Made by a program: the position numbers and the translations under genes. DNA of 64,000 bases from Hypanus sabinus. Lineage: Eukaryota. Each line of letters opens with the position of its first letter. The first letter of the stretch is position 1. A model generated the notes under the pieces. It was not told the origin of the DNA. It saw only the letters and a program-made list of their open reading frames with translations, and searched no databases. The stretch covers positions 17,670,001-17,734,000 of the forward strand of contig NC_082734.1 of the NCBI RefSeq assembly GCF_030144855.1, given 5' to 3'. Positions 1-12,384 of this stretch are shown here, piece after piece.

Positions 1-1849
1 ACAAAGCCAAATAAAATGCAGTTAGTATCTAACCAGAAATGCAAAGAATAGTGTTATTTACAAAATAACATGTATACGTGTAAGTACATGTATATCACCA
101 TAAGCAGCTCTGAGATTCATTTTCTTGTGGGCATACTCAATAGATCCATAGAATAAAACCCATAACAGAATCAATGACATACCATCCAACTTGGGCATTC
201 AACTGAGTTCAGAAGACAAAAAAACTGTCCAAATGCAAAAAGATGAAATATTAGTAACAAATAACTAAGCAATAAATTTCAAGAACATGTGATGACGAGT
301 CCCTGAAAGTGAGTCCATTGGTTGTGGGAACATTTTGGTGATGATAATAACTTAGAAACAAAGAACTAGAAAAAGTTGCAGGGCTCTGGGGATTGGGACT
401 GAACCGGGCAGCTCATTTGAAGGACCTGAAGACCTTTGCCTGTGCTGGTTTACTGCAGCAGACAGATGTTCTTCCCTGCATGGAAAAGGGTACTCAGTGG
501 ATGCTCACAAACGGGACAGGTATGGATTCTTGCAGAAGTTGTAGCATTTCTCATGAATGGGGAGGAGTGCATTTCTTGGATGTGGGTTTACTGGCAAAGC
601 AGCATGTTCGGTGATGACCATAGTTTGTTCTCCAGTGGCCCATGATTTAGTGTCTATTATCACATGTTTTTTCCCACCCTGCTCCCGCTCATCAATCATT
701 CATTGATTTCAAAGATGAAACATTGTAGAAACTGGAAATAAAACTGCAAATTCTGGAAGAACCTAGAACAGACCACATCCTTTTACATCGCACCATGCAA
801 GTCCTACCCTAGTTTGTCCTCCCAAAGTGCCACACTTCACAACTGCCTGCATTAAATTCCATCTGCCATTTTTCAGCTGGTTCAGGTCGCGGACTGTAAG
901 TTTTGATAGTCTTTTTCGCTGTCCACTGCACCCCCAATCTAGGTGTCATCTATAGATTTGTTGATCCAGTTTACTACATTATCATCCAGATTACTGATAG
1001 AGATTACAAACAACAATCCCTGCGCCACATCACCAGTAACAGGTCTCCAGTCAGAGAGGCAACCATCTACTATCACTCTGGCTTCTCCAATGAAGCGTGT
1101 CTAAGCTAATTTACTAATTTATCCTGAATGCCAAGTGACTGAACCTTCTTGAACAATCTCCCATGTGGGACATTGTCAAAGGCCTTGCTGAAGTCCATAC
1201 CTCTGCTCAGGCCCCTGCAATTTCTGAACTAACCTCCCTCAAGGTCCAAGGGAACACCCTTGGGAATTTATCCAGCCTAATTTGCCTCACCTCTACAGAT
1301 GCAAACAATCCATCTAAGATCTCTTTCAGCTCCATGCACAGAACCTCCTGTCTGTTCCCCTCACCATTGAAATCCCTATCACTACAGTTCGCCTCTTCCT
1401 CCCCCTTTGAGCTACACATGGATTCGTCCGTGGTCTGGATCTGAGTGGATCTGGCCAAATTTGATCTTGGTAACAGTAAGCAAGTTATTGCAGAATAAGT
1501 GCTGCTTCATCGCAGTGTAGCTGACACCTTCCATTACTTTGCCATTGATAGAAAGCAAACGAATTCGGCTTTAATTAGCTGAATTGCATACATCCTGCTT
1601 TTTGTGAAGAGGATGTAATTGGGCATTTTTCTGGAACGTTAGGTTGATACGTCCTTTCGAATTGTACTGGAATAGCTAAGCTACAAGTACAGCAAATTTT
1701 GTGACATAGGTCTCCAATACTACGGCTGGGATGTTGGTTGCTGTCTGGTCCTGTAAGACTTGTTGCAAATCCAGTGCTCTTGTCAGTTTTTTGACTTCAT
1801 TTAGACTGAATCAAGTTAACTAAGGACTGCCTTTTGTGGTAGTGGGGAG

Positions 1850-2520
1850 CTCTCAGATCAGGCTGAGCGTAGTTGTGAATGTTTCAGCCTTCTCCCCACT
1901 ATTGCTGAGGATGGGGATTCTTGCACAGCCAGCTCCATCGTGGGCACTAGTCTCGCCACCATCGAGGACATCTTCAGAGGACGATGAATCAAGAAGGTGG
2001 CATCCTTCATTAAGGACCTTTGCCATCCAGGACATGCCCTGGATACATCCCAGTCCATCACAGGCAAAGCCCTTGCCACCGTTGAGCACACCTATAAGAA
2101 ACGCTGCCACATGAAAGTAGCATCCATCATCAACGATCCCCACCATCCAGCTCATGTTCTCTTCTCACTGTGGCCATAAAGAAGGAGTTACAGGAGCCAT
2201 AGGTCCCACATCACCAGATTCAGGAACAGTTATTACCCTTCACCATCAGGCTCTTGAATGAGCTTGGTTAATCTCAAGTCTGAACTGATTCTTCAACATA
2301 TGGACTCATTTTCACTCTACAACTCATGTTCTCAGTATAATTTTTTCATTTATTTATTATCTTGTATTTACATAGTTTGTCTTTTCCACTTAGATTGTTT
2401 GTCAGTCTTTGTGTGTAGCTTTCTATTGTATCTGTACTGTAAATGCCTGCAAGAAAATGAATGTCAGGGTTGGATATGGTGACATATTCGTACTTTGATT
2501 ATAAATTTACTTTGAGCTTC
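1850..2520 (+). mobile_element. Degenerate 3' fragments of a Rex1/Babar-like LINE
   Basis: Translates to SITGKAL...YKKRCHMKVASIINDPHHPAHVLFSL, followed by AT-rich tail ending ATAAATTTACTTTGA; boundaries approximate. Confidence 0.55.
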
Positions 2521-3794
2521 AAAACAATTTGCTAACATCAGAGGGGAGGTACAGTTACCTGAAGACGCACTCTCCACGTGTCAGGAACAGCTTCTCCCCC
2601 TCTGCCATCAGATTTATGAACGGACCATAAACACTACCTCATGTTTTTCTCTATTTTTGCATTACCTATTTTTAAATATTTCTCATTATAACTTACTTGT
2701 TACGTGTTGCACTGTACTGCTGCCACAAAACAACAGGTTTCGTCACGTGTGTCACCGATAGTAAATCTGAATCTGTTTCTGATTCTGAACTGCCCTCTCC
2801 TGTTAATTGTCTTCTACCACTCACAGCTGGATCTAATGGGACTGCAGAGCTTTGATCTGAACTATTGATTAGGAGATTACTGCTTTTCCTTGTTCAGCGC
2901 ATGTGTTAAGTCCTGCAGATTCACTAACCTTGCACCTTGTGTCTTTCTGTGCTTCTTCCTGCTGTGCCACCTCTCCACACTATGTTTGGGTAGACCGCCT
3001 CAGTGTGGATGCGAGAATGCTAATCAGGAAATACTGCTGCATGTAAACCTTCTGACTCAGCTGGAAGCTGTGATCTTCCACATTCCTGCCAGCAGGGCTT
3101 TTGATATCGCTGCACTATGCGCATTAATGTACCAGTGACTTGAGTTCAATTCTCTACGTTCTCCCCATAACCACTTGGGTCTCATCTGGGTGCTCCGGTT
3201 TCCTCCCACAGTCCAAAGATATCCCGGTTGGTAGGTTAATTGTTCTGTGATTAAACTGGGATTAAATTAGGATCTGCTGGGCAGCATGGCTCAAAGAACC
3301 AGAAGAGTCTATTCTGTGCTCTATCTCAATAAATAAATCAAACAATCCCACCCTAGCAGGGAATTTGCCCATTGTAAGCCATTCTAACCTACATGTTCTA
3401 AATATCTTTGATCCGGTGCACCCAGCATTGATATTTGCCAGCTCTGACCCACCCCACCCAACAGAATGTTTGCAGCTCTGCAGAATCCATGGATCTCTGC
3501 CCCATTACAGTCCTTGGGAAATTTGCCGTCTCTGGTCCTTCCACCTGACCTTTGTACTTTTACAGGGCCCATTACAGTAGTGCTGCTGTGTTGTCAGGAG
3601 CAATAAATCAGGGGTCCAAGTCAGTCCCATGTGATTTGATCTGAAAATGTATAGGAGAAATGATTTAAAGTTACGGATTGTAAAGTGACAATGCAATGGA
3701 AGATGATTACTAAACGCAGAAAATGTGAGTAGAATGTGCTCACTGAACAGGCACAGCAGGACCATCATCATTAGAAGGATTTATTATGTGAGAT

Positions 3795-4160
3795 TTGGGC
3801 GGCAGGGTGAAGATACGTTTCTGCCAAAGGAGGTGTAATGCGTTTCTTCCCTCCGCTAACCTGCAGGTCACTCTTGGGCAAGGTGTAGCACCTGCTTAAC
3901 CCCCCCCCCCCACCCCTGGATCAGGGTCACATAAAGCCATGGGAGCAGGTGGTGGACACATGTGCAGCTGGTGCATATTTCAAGTCCACTGACAACAGGA
4001 AGACATTCTCTGAAGAGTATTGACAGTGGCTGGGGTCACCTGTCTAGTGAGGACACTGCCTAGAAGGCAATGGCAAACCACTTCTGTAGAAAAATTTACC
4101 AAGAACAATCATGGTCAGGACCATGATCACCCACGTCATACGACACGGCACTGAATAAAT
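3795..4160 (+). mobile_element. RTE-related non-autonomous element/SINE
   Basis: Contains GAAGGCAATGGCAAACCAC motif and a tail typical of RTE/BovB-related SINEs. Confidence 0.45.
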
Positions 4161-4367
4161 GAATTATGTAAGATAGGTTCTTAACTGCTCAGAGATTTTA
4201 GTTATATTGATATGGGTTGTATTTCAAATCTGAGACCTGATGTTCAGTATTAAAGTGTCATAACTGTCCAAAGAATCATCTAGTCATAATGATTGACGTA
4301 TGTGATGTGCTGGGTTAAATTTACCTGAGCAGGATTAACCCTGTTTTGTTTCCTCTGCTCCTTGCAG

Positions 4368-4559
4368 CCTGGTTTGAGTGCCTCAAAGCTGTCTCTTGCA
4401 AAGTCTGTTCCGTTGACCAAAGTGGTCCAGAACGACTCGTACACTGCTCCTCCACAGCCTCCCCTCACCCTCACTCGCTCGGGACCTTCGACAAATGTAT
4501 CAAGAGCACCAGCCCTCGCAGTGGAGCAGGAGCCAGCTGAAGATGTGAAGCCTCCAGAG
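4368..4559 (+). CDS. POLDIP3: POLDIP3 (SKAR) internal coding exon; upstream exons lie outside the window
   Basis: Polypyrimidine tract + CAG acceptor; 192 nt, PGLSASKLSLAKSVPLTKVVQNDSYTAP resembles vertebrate POLDIP3 (GLSSSKLSMSKALPLTKVVQNDAYTAP); donor GAG|GTACCC keeps phase 0 with next exon. Confidence 0.9.
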
Positions 4560-7500
4560 GTACCCACCCCTCCTCAGTGCATCAAAGTCCGAGTACCTTG
4601 ACAGTTAACCAAGATTCACAGGCATAAATCTGACCCAGCAGTGAAAGCAAATTGTTGCAGTTCAGTTCCCGATGTGTGAGAATGGGAGTGATAGGGACTG
4701 GAAGTCTGGTGTCTGAATGGGGGAGGTGTTTCACAAAGCACTTACCCAGTCTGTAGGTGAGCTGTTTAGCTGCTGTCTTGTAATTACCCTTAGAAACTCT
4801 TGCTTTCATGTTATTTTTGAATTTGCTCTTATACTGAGCCAATTTGTGTATAATTCCCCAGTTTACCTCTTTAACATTTGTTAAGTGGCACAGTTGTGTG
4901 CACAGTTTTCCAACCTGCAGGAACAGCTCTCCAATGGAGGGGAATTCTGGAAAAATATAGCTGAGACATCCAAAGTGATCTCATCAACACCTGAGCTAGA
5001 AACCATTTGGTCCTGCCCTCTGCCATTTGTTGGTGCCATTATTTTCTCAACTACCGGAAATTTTCAGTCACTTTGTTGAGTCCCTCAGTTAGACTTTTGT
5101 GCTTGCATCTCCAAATGCAACACTGCTGCCGTAGGTTGGGGAAATCTAGGGTACATCGCGTCATTGTGTCGTGTAGCACAGAAACAAGCCCTTCAGCCAA
5201 CTGAGTTGTCCACTTGAGCCAGACCCATTTCCCATGTTGATTTGTACTTCTGGGTGCCGTTGCACCCATTGGGAAATTCTTTCCAGTTCCTTGCTCCCTG
5301 CACTTTTTAATTCGGCACAAGTGACGCCAAAAGGGGGTTGAAGTAATACAGTGCTCAAAATTTACCTGCGTTGAGAATTACTGGCCTATAAAAGGATGGT
5401 TCTTCCTTACAGAACAACCAGATGCTACTGGCCCTGTTTCTCCTATCTAGAGGGCCAATACTCAGACTGCATTCTGTGCCTTTCAAGATCCCTGCACACA
5501 GTTTGTTGCTCACTGCTGCATTAGGGAATTGAACCACACTCCCCAATCGTGGGGGGAAGGGTGATACTTCACCTGCCGTTCAAGTTCAAGTTTATTGTCA
5601 TCTGACTATACACATAGCAATCAAACAAAACAACGATCTTCCAGAACACAGTGCACCTACTAAACGTATATCTCACACACACAATATAAACAAAAATATT
5701 ACCACAAACAGCTTAATAAAATAGAATTGCGACCCACAGGAGAAGGTATAGGCTTTGCCCCAAAGTGTATACATTGGCAGACTGCAGTTGCTTTCTAATC
5801 AGAACTTTCCTGGCAGCTTTCTTATCACAGTATCTGGCTGTACCTTCCACGGTGTCTGTGATCTGATCCCCTTGCACCAAGAATGTGCTTTCTGCAGGCA
5901 CTACGCTTCAACTTAACAACCCTCACCCCTTCACTCTCCCCCCAGGGGCTCTTTTGTTCACCTGCCATCGTTGCATCAGCATTCTGAAGCTTTATTACTC
6001 CTATAACAGGGACAATGCTGCTTGTTATCAGAATCAGAATTATTATCATTGGCATATGTTGTGAAATTTCTTGTTTTGTGACAGCAGTATAGTGTGATAC
6101 ATAATTTTTTAAACTATAAATTACAATATGAATAAATGTTACATAAGCAGTGCAAAAAGAGAGCAAAAAAACAGCAAGGGAGTGTATATGGGTTCATTGT
6201 CCATTCAGAAATCTGATGGCAGAGGGGAAGAATCTATTTCTAAAATGTTGAGTGGGTGTCCTCAAGCTCCTGTACCTCCTCCCTGATGGTAGCAATAAGA
6301 AGAGGGCATGTCCTGAGTGATGGAAGTCCATCAGATGTTTAGAGGCAACACCATCTGAAGATTGGGATGGCAACACTTTCAATTCCCACTGCTGTCTTTA
6401 AGGAGTTTGTACGCTCTACCTATGACCGCGTGGGTTTCTGGGTTTCCTCAGAGTACTCCACTTTCCTCCCACAGTCCAAAGACATACCAGTTGGTTGGTT
6501 AATTGGTCATTTTAAATTGTCCCATGATTAGGCTAGGATTAAATTTTGGAACTGCTGGGTGGCCTGGTTGGAAGGGTCTATAGCACTGTATCTGAATAAA
6601 TAAATAAATGTTCTTGATGCTGGGGAAGCAGTTGCCAATGATGGAGCTGGCTGCATTTTCAACTTTTTGTAGTTTTTTTCTGATTATGAGATGTCCATTT
6701 AAGAACTAACTGTAAAACTATTATCTTCTAGGCTGGGAACAATGAGGTGAAACTGGCCTTATCACTAATGTAAAAGAAAGAGCATTTGTGTTGGAAGTCT
6801 AGGATGCTGTTCTTTTGACCAAAAAAACTATTTATTTATTGATTGGGATACAGCATGGAATAGGCCCTCCCGACCCTTCAAGCTGCACCGCCCAACAACC
6901 CCCAGTTTGACACAAGCCTAATCATGGGGCAATTTATAATGACCAATTAACCTACCGTCTGGTATGGGAGGAAACCGGTGCACCCAGAGTAAACCCACTC
7001 ACTCAGTCACAGGGAGACCATACAAACTCCTTACAGGCAGTACCGGGAATTGAACCCTGGTCACCTGTACTGTAAAGCCTTGTGCTAACCACTACACTGC
7101 CTTGCTGCCCCATTTTGTGGTGATTTTGATGGTCCTCTGTATGCTCCTTTCTTTTTGTAACCCATCTCAGAGTTCTGACACTTTTTTGTTTGTCTCTGTT
7201 TTTAATCGTGGTTGATAACAGTTCACATCTTTATTCATTGCTTTATCTTTGGGCTTCACTCCTTCCTTCAACTCTATGGCTGCTTGTGTTTGTTAAGTAC
7301 TGCTCTTGCGGCTTTGAAGTGTAAATTGCCTTCAGCTCTCCCCTGCCCCCGATAGTGTTGCGGGAGCATTTTTCGAGTGGGGCCCAGTCCCGCGTTCCCG
7401 GGTTGGGACCTGGTCTGGCGTTTCTGGGTTGGTGTCTGGTCTCGTCTCACGACTCCCAGGGAGGTGTCCGATCCAATCGCACATCCCCAGAGTAGGGTCC

Positions 7501-7678
7501 AATCTCAGTTTAGGCTGCGGCGTGGCCAGTGCGACATCCACATCACCCCTAGGCACTCCAGCAGTTCAGTCCATCTCCTGCTGATGTTTACTGTGTGACC
7601 GGTAACCAGAGCTAAGGGCTCAAGTTATGCTCTGCCCATGTTATTATCAATGCAGTAAGTCTCTGCTCTCCTTCACAG

Positions 7679-7756
7679 CTAAATCTGAGCCCATTGGAAG
7701 GAACGAAAATGACTGTGAATAATCTCCATCCACGTGTGACTGAGGAGGATATAGTG
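7679..7756 (+). CDS. POLDIP3: POLDIP3 coding exon (start of RRM)
   Basis: cacag|...|gtgagt; LNLSPLEGTKMTVNNLHPRVTEEDIV. Confidence 0.96.
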
Positions 7757-8354
7757 GTGAGTTTGATTGGGCTCCATATCTAGATTTGATTTCTCCAGAA
7801 TATAAGTGTCTCAGTCATTTCCACCCTCCCCTGCCAAGCCTGGTGAGCTGCCTCCTTGAGAACCACTGCAGTCCTTCTGATTTATGGAGAAAGAGCTGTA
7901 TAAGGCTGTTCTTGAAAAGGCCTTTATGGCAGAGACGGTGTGGGGATTTACAGAAGAAAGAGTGTCCTAACTGTGTGTGGGTTAATGGCATTGAGTGCCA
8001 ACTCCCTCCACTTCCTGTTCCCTGGGCATGGAGCAGTGCTGGCAGGTTGTGGATCTGCTCCATTCCTAGAGGGAAGGAATTATCATGGACAGTGCAGAAT
8101 AATACCTTGTGTTTTGTAGTGCAGTTATTGCAGGAGCTGGTGGAGTTCGGTTCCTGCGATGGGGCTGCCAGAGATCCATGAAGTGACTCTGGCCTTCAGT
8201 GCTTGTGTAAATCCCTGATTTTCAGCCCTCGCTCTGTAGTTCCAGCGAGGGTCTTTGCTCAAGAACAAAGCCGAGGGGGTGTGGTGGGGTGGCTGGTGCA
8301 CAGAGGTGAGCATGGGTTCCGGGATTCACTCTTTGCTTTTCCTCCCATTTCTAG

Positions 8355-8484
8355 GAGCTGTTCTGTGTTTGTGGCGCTCTAAAGCGTGCCCGCCTCGTAC
8401 ACCCAGGAGTTGCAGAAGTCGTCTTCGTCAGAAAGGACGATGCCATCACGGCTTACAAGAAGTACAACAACAGATGTTTAGATG
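8355..8484 (+). CDS. POLDIP3: POLDIP3 coding exon (RRM)
   Basis: ctag|...|gtaagt; ELFCVCGALKRARLVHPGVAEVVFVRKDDAITAYKKYNNRCLD. Confidence 0.97.
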
Positions 8485-9400
8485 GTAAGTGCTGTTGTAA
8501 ATCCCGTCCTGCTGAAGTTTGGGTTGTAGCAACAGATGTCTGGGGCAGTTGTACTGGAATCCCTCCCTCCCTGTTCCCAGTGCCTCATACATCAGCGCTG
8601 AAGATCAAGGCAAGTTTGGTGCTGACACCTGCCCTGAACTTCAATGTAAAGCCCATTAAAGAGAGATTGGCCAGTACCTCAGTCCCTTGGGAGCAGGAGT
8701 CCCTTCCTCCAGAGACAAGTGGTTGCCCCAACGCCATTCTCCAGCCCCTGTACAATGGAGGCTCTGGATTTCTCAGTGTCACAGTGGGCTGGTTGCAGCA
8801 AAATTGCACCCTCACCCCCCCCCCCCCCCCACCCCCAACACTGGGTCCCGACTGTGTGTCTGATGTCGGTCCCTCTCCCGTGGCAGGGAGGTCTGCACAC
8901 CAGTCGATTGTGCCTCAGTTCCCTTTGGCAATGTCAGTGCAGTTTGAGGACGGGGGAAAGAATTTAAAAGGAAACACTGATGTTGCACAGAGACTGAGCG
9001 GGTTTCTCGAGGTGTTAGTTGTTGCACAGTGATAGGGAAGGGTTGTGAAGGCATCCTAATGCTTTGTGGAGGGTGAGGAGGGTTCAGTTAGGATGGAGGG
9101 GTTTCAGATGGAAAGCAAAATCATTGTGATACAGATGGGAGTGAACAGAGTGTTGATCCTCTCCTCCTCTCCTGGAGCACCTGAGGCTTGTGGTAGAAAC
9201 TTGGCTCAGTCTAGGGTCGCAATGGTAGGTTGGTTGGCCTTGAAACAGTGTGGGTTGGGGGTTATTGAAACTGGCTGAGGTTGGGGGAGTTTTGAAACTG
9301 CCCAGGGTTGTGGGGGGAGGGGGTGGGGAGTTAAAACTTTCCGGGCATGAGTCAGTTAGTTCGGGGATTTCTCACTGGATGTGTCCTTTCCCCTCCACAG

Positions 9401-9467
9401 GTCAGCCAATGAAATGCAACCTTCACATGAATGGAAACGTCATCACTTCAGAGCAGCCAATCCTGTT
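9401..9467 (+). CDS. POLDIP3: POLDIP3 coding exon
   Basis: cacag|...|gtaagt; (G)QPMKCNLHMNGNVITSEQPIL; phases match neighbours. Confidence 0.96.
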
Positions 9468-9729
9468 GTAAGTTGGTTAGAGAAATATAACATGTATACT
9501 GAGGTGTCTCCCTAGTGTTCCTCCCCCACCTCACATCCCAGCTCCTGCTCTCCCCCACAAACCAGCTGAGCTCTGCCTACCAGCAGTGCTCCTCCATCGT
9601 TGCTTCCTTCCCCGCCCCCCCCCCCCCCCCCCCCCGGTGTCCTGGTAATGTATCAGCCCCAGCTTGTCTGCCAGTTAATCAGGGGGAAACCTGTACATTT
9701 AATATATTTAGGCTTTCAACAGGCCTTTG

Positions 9730-10780
9730 ACCTCGTAGGCAGCTGGTGCATGGATTGAAAACTGGCAGTCATATGGAAGGCAAAAAGTTAGAATAAGGGT
9801 CTCAACTGTTTATTCCTCTCCATAGATGCTGACTGTCTTGCTGAGTTCCTCCAGCATTGTGTGGGTTGCAGCTAGAATAGTTGAGTCTGGGGAATGCCCC
9901 AGGGATTAGCTCTTGTCCTTCAATTATTTACTGTCTACATTATTGACCTGGGGGAGGGAATGAAATGCAAGGTTTCCAACCCCGTCATTTATACAAGATT
10001 AGGTGGAGGAGCATGTGGTGAGGAAGACATTTTGATTCTGAAATAGGATGTACAGATTAATTGAAGTGGAACTTAGTGTGGCGATGAATAACGTCAGCAC
10101 TCCATATCAAAATGGAGAGAGACTGGAAATGAGTGCAGTTAAGAGGGGATCCAGTTGTTCCAGTGAATGAATCTTAAAAACTAGCAGCCAGGTCCAGCAA
10201 GCAGCTAAGGAGACAAATGGCATGTTGGCCTTTATTGCAAAGGGATGGGAGTTTATGTTTAGGGAGATTTTGTCATAGTAGTACAGGGTGTTGGTGAGGC
10301 CACACCTAGAATACCATGCAGTTTTGGTCCCCTTAACTAAAATGGATAATAATAACGCTGGACCCAGTTGAGGGGAGGTTCACCAGGCTAATTCTTGAGT
10401 TGAGATGGTTGTCCTAACAAGAGGAGGTACAGTTTGGGTCTGTGTACCTTGAAGCTTAGAACAATGACAGGGCAATACTCAAACATAAAATTCTGAGAGG
10501 GTTTGAAAGGCTAGCTGTTGAGATGGTTTCAGTAATTGAGGGAAGCATAGGGGTCAGTCATTTAAAACAAAGAATTTGAGAAATTTCTTCCCTCAGACGG
10601 CATTAAATCTGTCGAATTCCATGCGCGTTGTGGTAGAGGACAGATCATTTAAAGTGGAGATGGATTAATATTTGAAAGTGCAAGGAATGGTGGGTTGTGG
10701 GAAACTGAAACAGAAGTTGAGGTCAGTATAGATCAGCCACAATCACATTGGATTAATGGAGTTGTGTAATCTTGCTCCTC
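9730..10780 (+). mobile_element. Degenerate CR1 LINE 3' fragment
   Basis: Decayed RT C-terminus (ANGMLAFIAKG..., LVRPHLEY) with frameshifts; boundaries approximate. Confidence 0.65.
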
Positions 10781-12212
10781 TTTCCATGTGCACCAGGATT
10801 AAGCAGGGTTACCTCTGGAAAACCACCAGCGAGATTCAGCTACTGATTTTTACCTGGTGTCTCAGCATTTTGAACGGTTCCTAATAACTTAAAATTGAAG
10901 TTGTCCCCAAGTGTATGTAGCCCATCGATAATTGTTCCTCTCCCAGGGATGAGGTTTTTGGAGTTTCTGTTAGCTCTTCTGTAGCTCTGACCCCAGACCC
11001 ATGCCCAACCCTCCTTTGCCGAGCTTGGGACTGTCCATGGCGGATTTGAGGGGTACCCAGCAGTGTGAAATCTGTAGCGGGGTGGGACGGGAGTAAGTAA
11101 CTACATGCTGTACTGAGACATGTGGTTGTGTTGGGTATGAGTTTTATCCATTATTCCCACTGCCTACACCAATTTCTGGACCTGGGGCAGTTTCTTCATT
11201 TGCTTACAATACAACTTGGTCCATATATCACACTCCCCAGCTTATTTCTCAGCAACCGATCTCCTCCATTGCCCCATCAACACTCCCCAGCTTCTACCCC
11301 TCACCTACACACTTGAGACCAAAAAAGCCCACACACTTTTGGAAACCAGAGCAGCCAGAGGAAACCCATGTGATTATGGAGAACGTGCAGACTGCACTGG
11401 AGGTCAAGATTGAGCCGTGGTCTTCGTAGGTGTGAGGCTGCTCTGCCTGATGTGCCACCTCTGCTGCTGGTTCCTCATGGGCTCGTTCATTTGGTGCCCA
11501 TAGGATCCCTTACTGACAAATGTGGAGGGTGTTGGGATTGGCACTGTGTACCCAGACCCCGCTGCCAGGTTTGCATTCGGACTCCTGACTGCCCTGGGGC
11601 TGATAGGGAGCTGTTTACTTGTCAGGAAAAGAGTTTCCCAGGAAGGCACCCTGGGATTGTGCTCTCCCCAAAGCACATCCACAGGCTGCGAGTTGGGACG
11701 GTTTATCATCACGTGCAGCAAGAAACAGTGAAAAGCTTGTCTGGCACACTGCTCATACAAATCAAACCATTCCACAGTGCTTTGAGGTAGAACAAGGTAA
11801 AACAATATCGAGGTCAAGAGTTTGTGTTACTGGATAAGAGATCCATTCTAGCATCTTAGGAGGAAGCCCTTCTTGAGCCTGCTGGTGCAATTTTGTTTTA
11901 TTGTACCTAGAGAGCAGTGGGAGACTTTTCATCATCTCCCTCTTCCCATCTACAGCCTCCATGGCTGCCAGAGCTCAGTCCACGGCTTCTTGTGACTAAG
12001 TGCTGCCGATTGCTGCTATTCTACCAGTTGCTCGTGGGGCTTTCCAGAGGCAGAGTGGGTTCACACACATTTATTTGGCTGGTTTAGTCTGGGCAAGATG
12101 AGCACCATCATGTGGAGGAGGGGCTGTTGAGGGTGGGGGTGGTGGGCGGAGAGGACAGGGGACTGAAACGCCAGGGTTGTCGATCACTGATCACCTCCAA
12201 CCTTTGCTGCAG

Positions 12213-12384
12213 GAGACTGAGCGACAGTCCAGTGGTGAAGAAGCCCGAGCTCCCCAGGGTCAAGCCCCGTCCATCCAACCAGCCTCCGGCAGAGGTCGAC
12301 CCGGAGATCATCCTGAAAGCGCTCTTCAAATCCTCAGGACCCTCGACATCAGCCCATCCCACCGCTTTCAAGATCAAACTCTAA
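12213..12384 (+). CDS. POLDIP3: POLDIP3 terminal coding exon
   Basis: tgcag| RLSDSPVVKK...PPAEVDPEIILKALFKSSG...PTAFKIKL-TAA matches the POLDIP3 C-terminus. Confidence 0.96.

Noticed and set aside
3795-3870. HDV-like ribozyme at start of the RTE-related SINE
   Set aside because: Only simple hairpins are apparent; no consistent P1/P3/P1.1 pairing
393-4300. Short ORFs in the supplied track (and most other <150-aa ORFs)
   Set aside because: No recognisable homology or splice context; intronic or TE-derived chance frames
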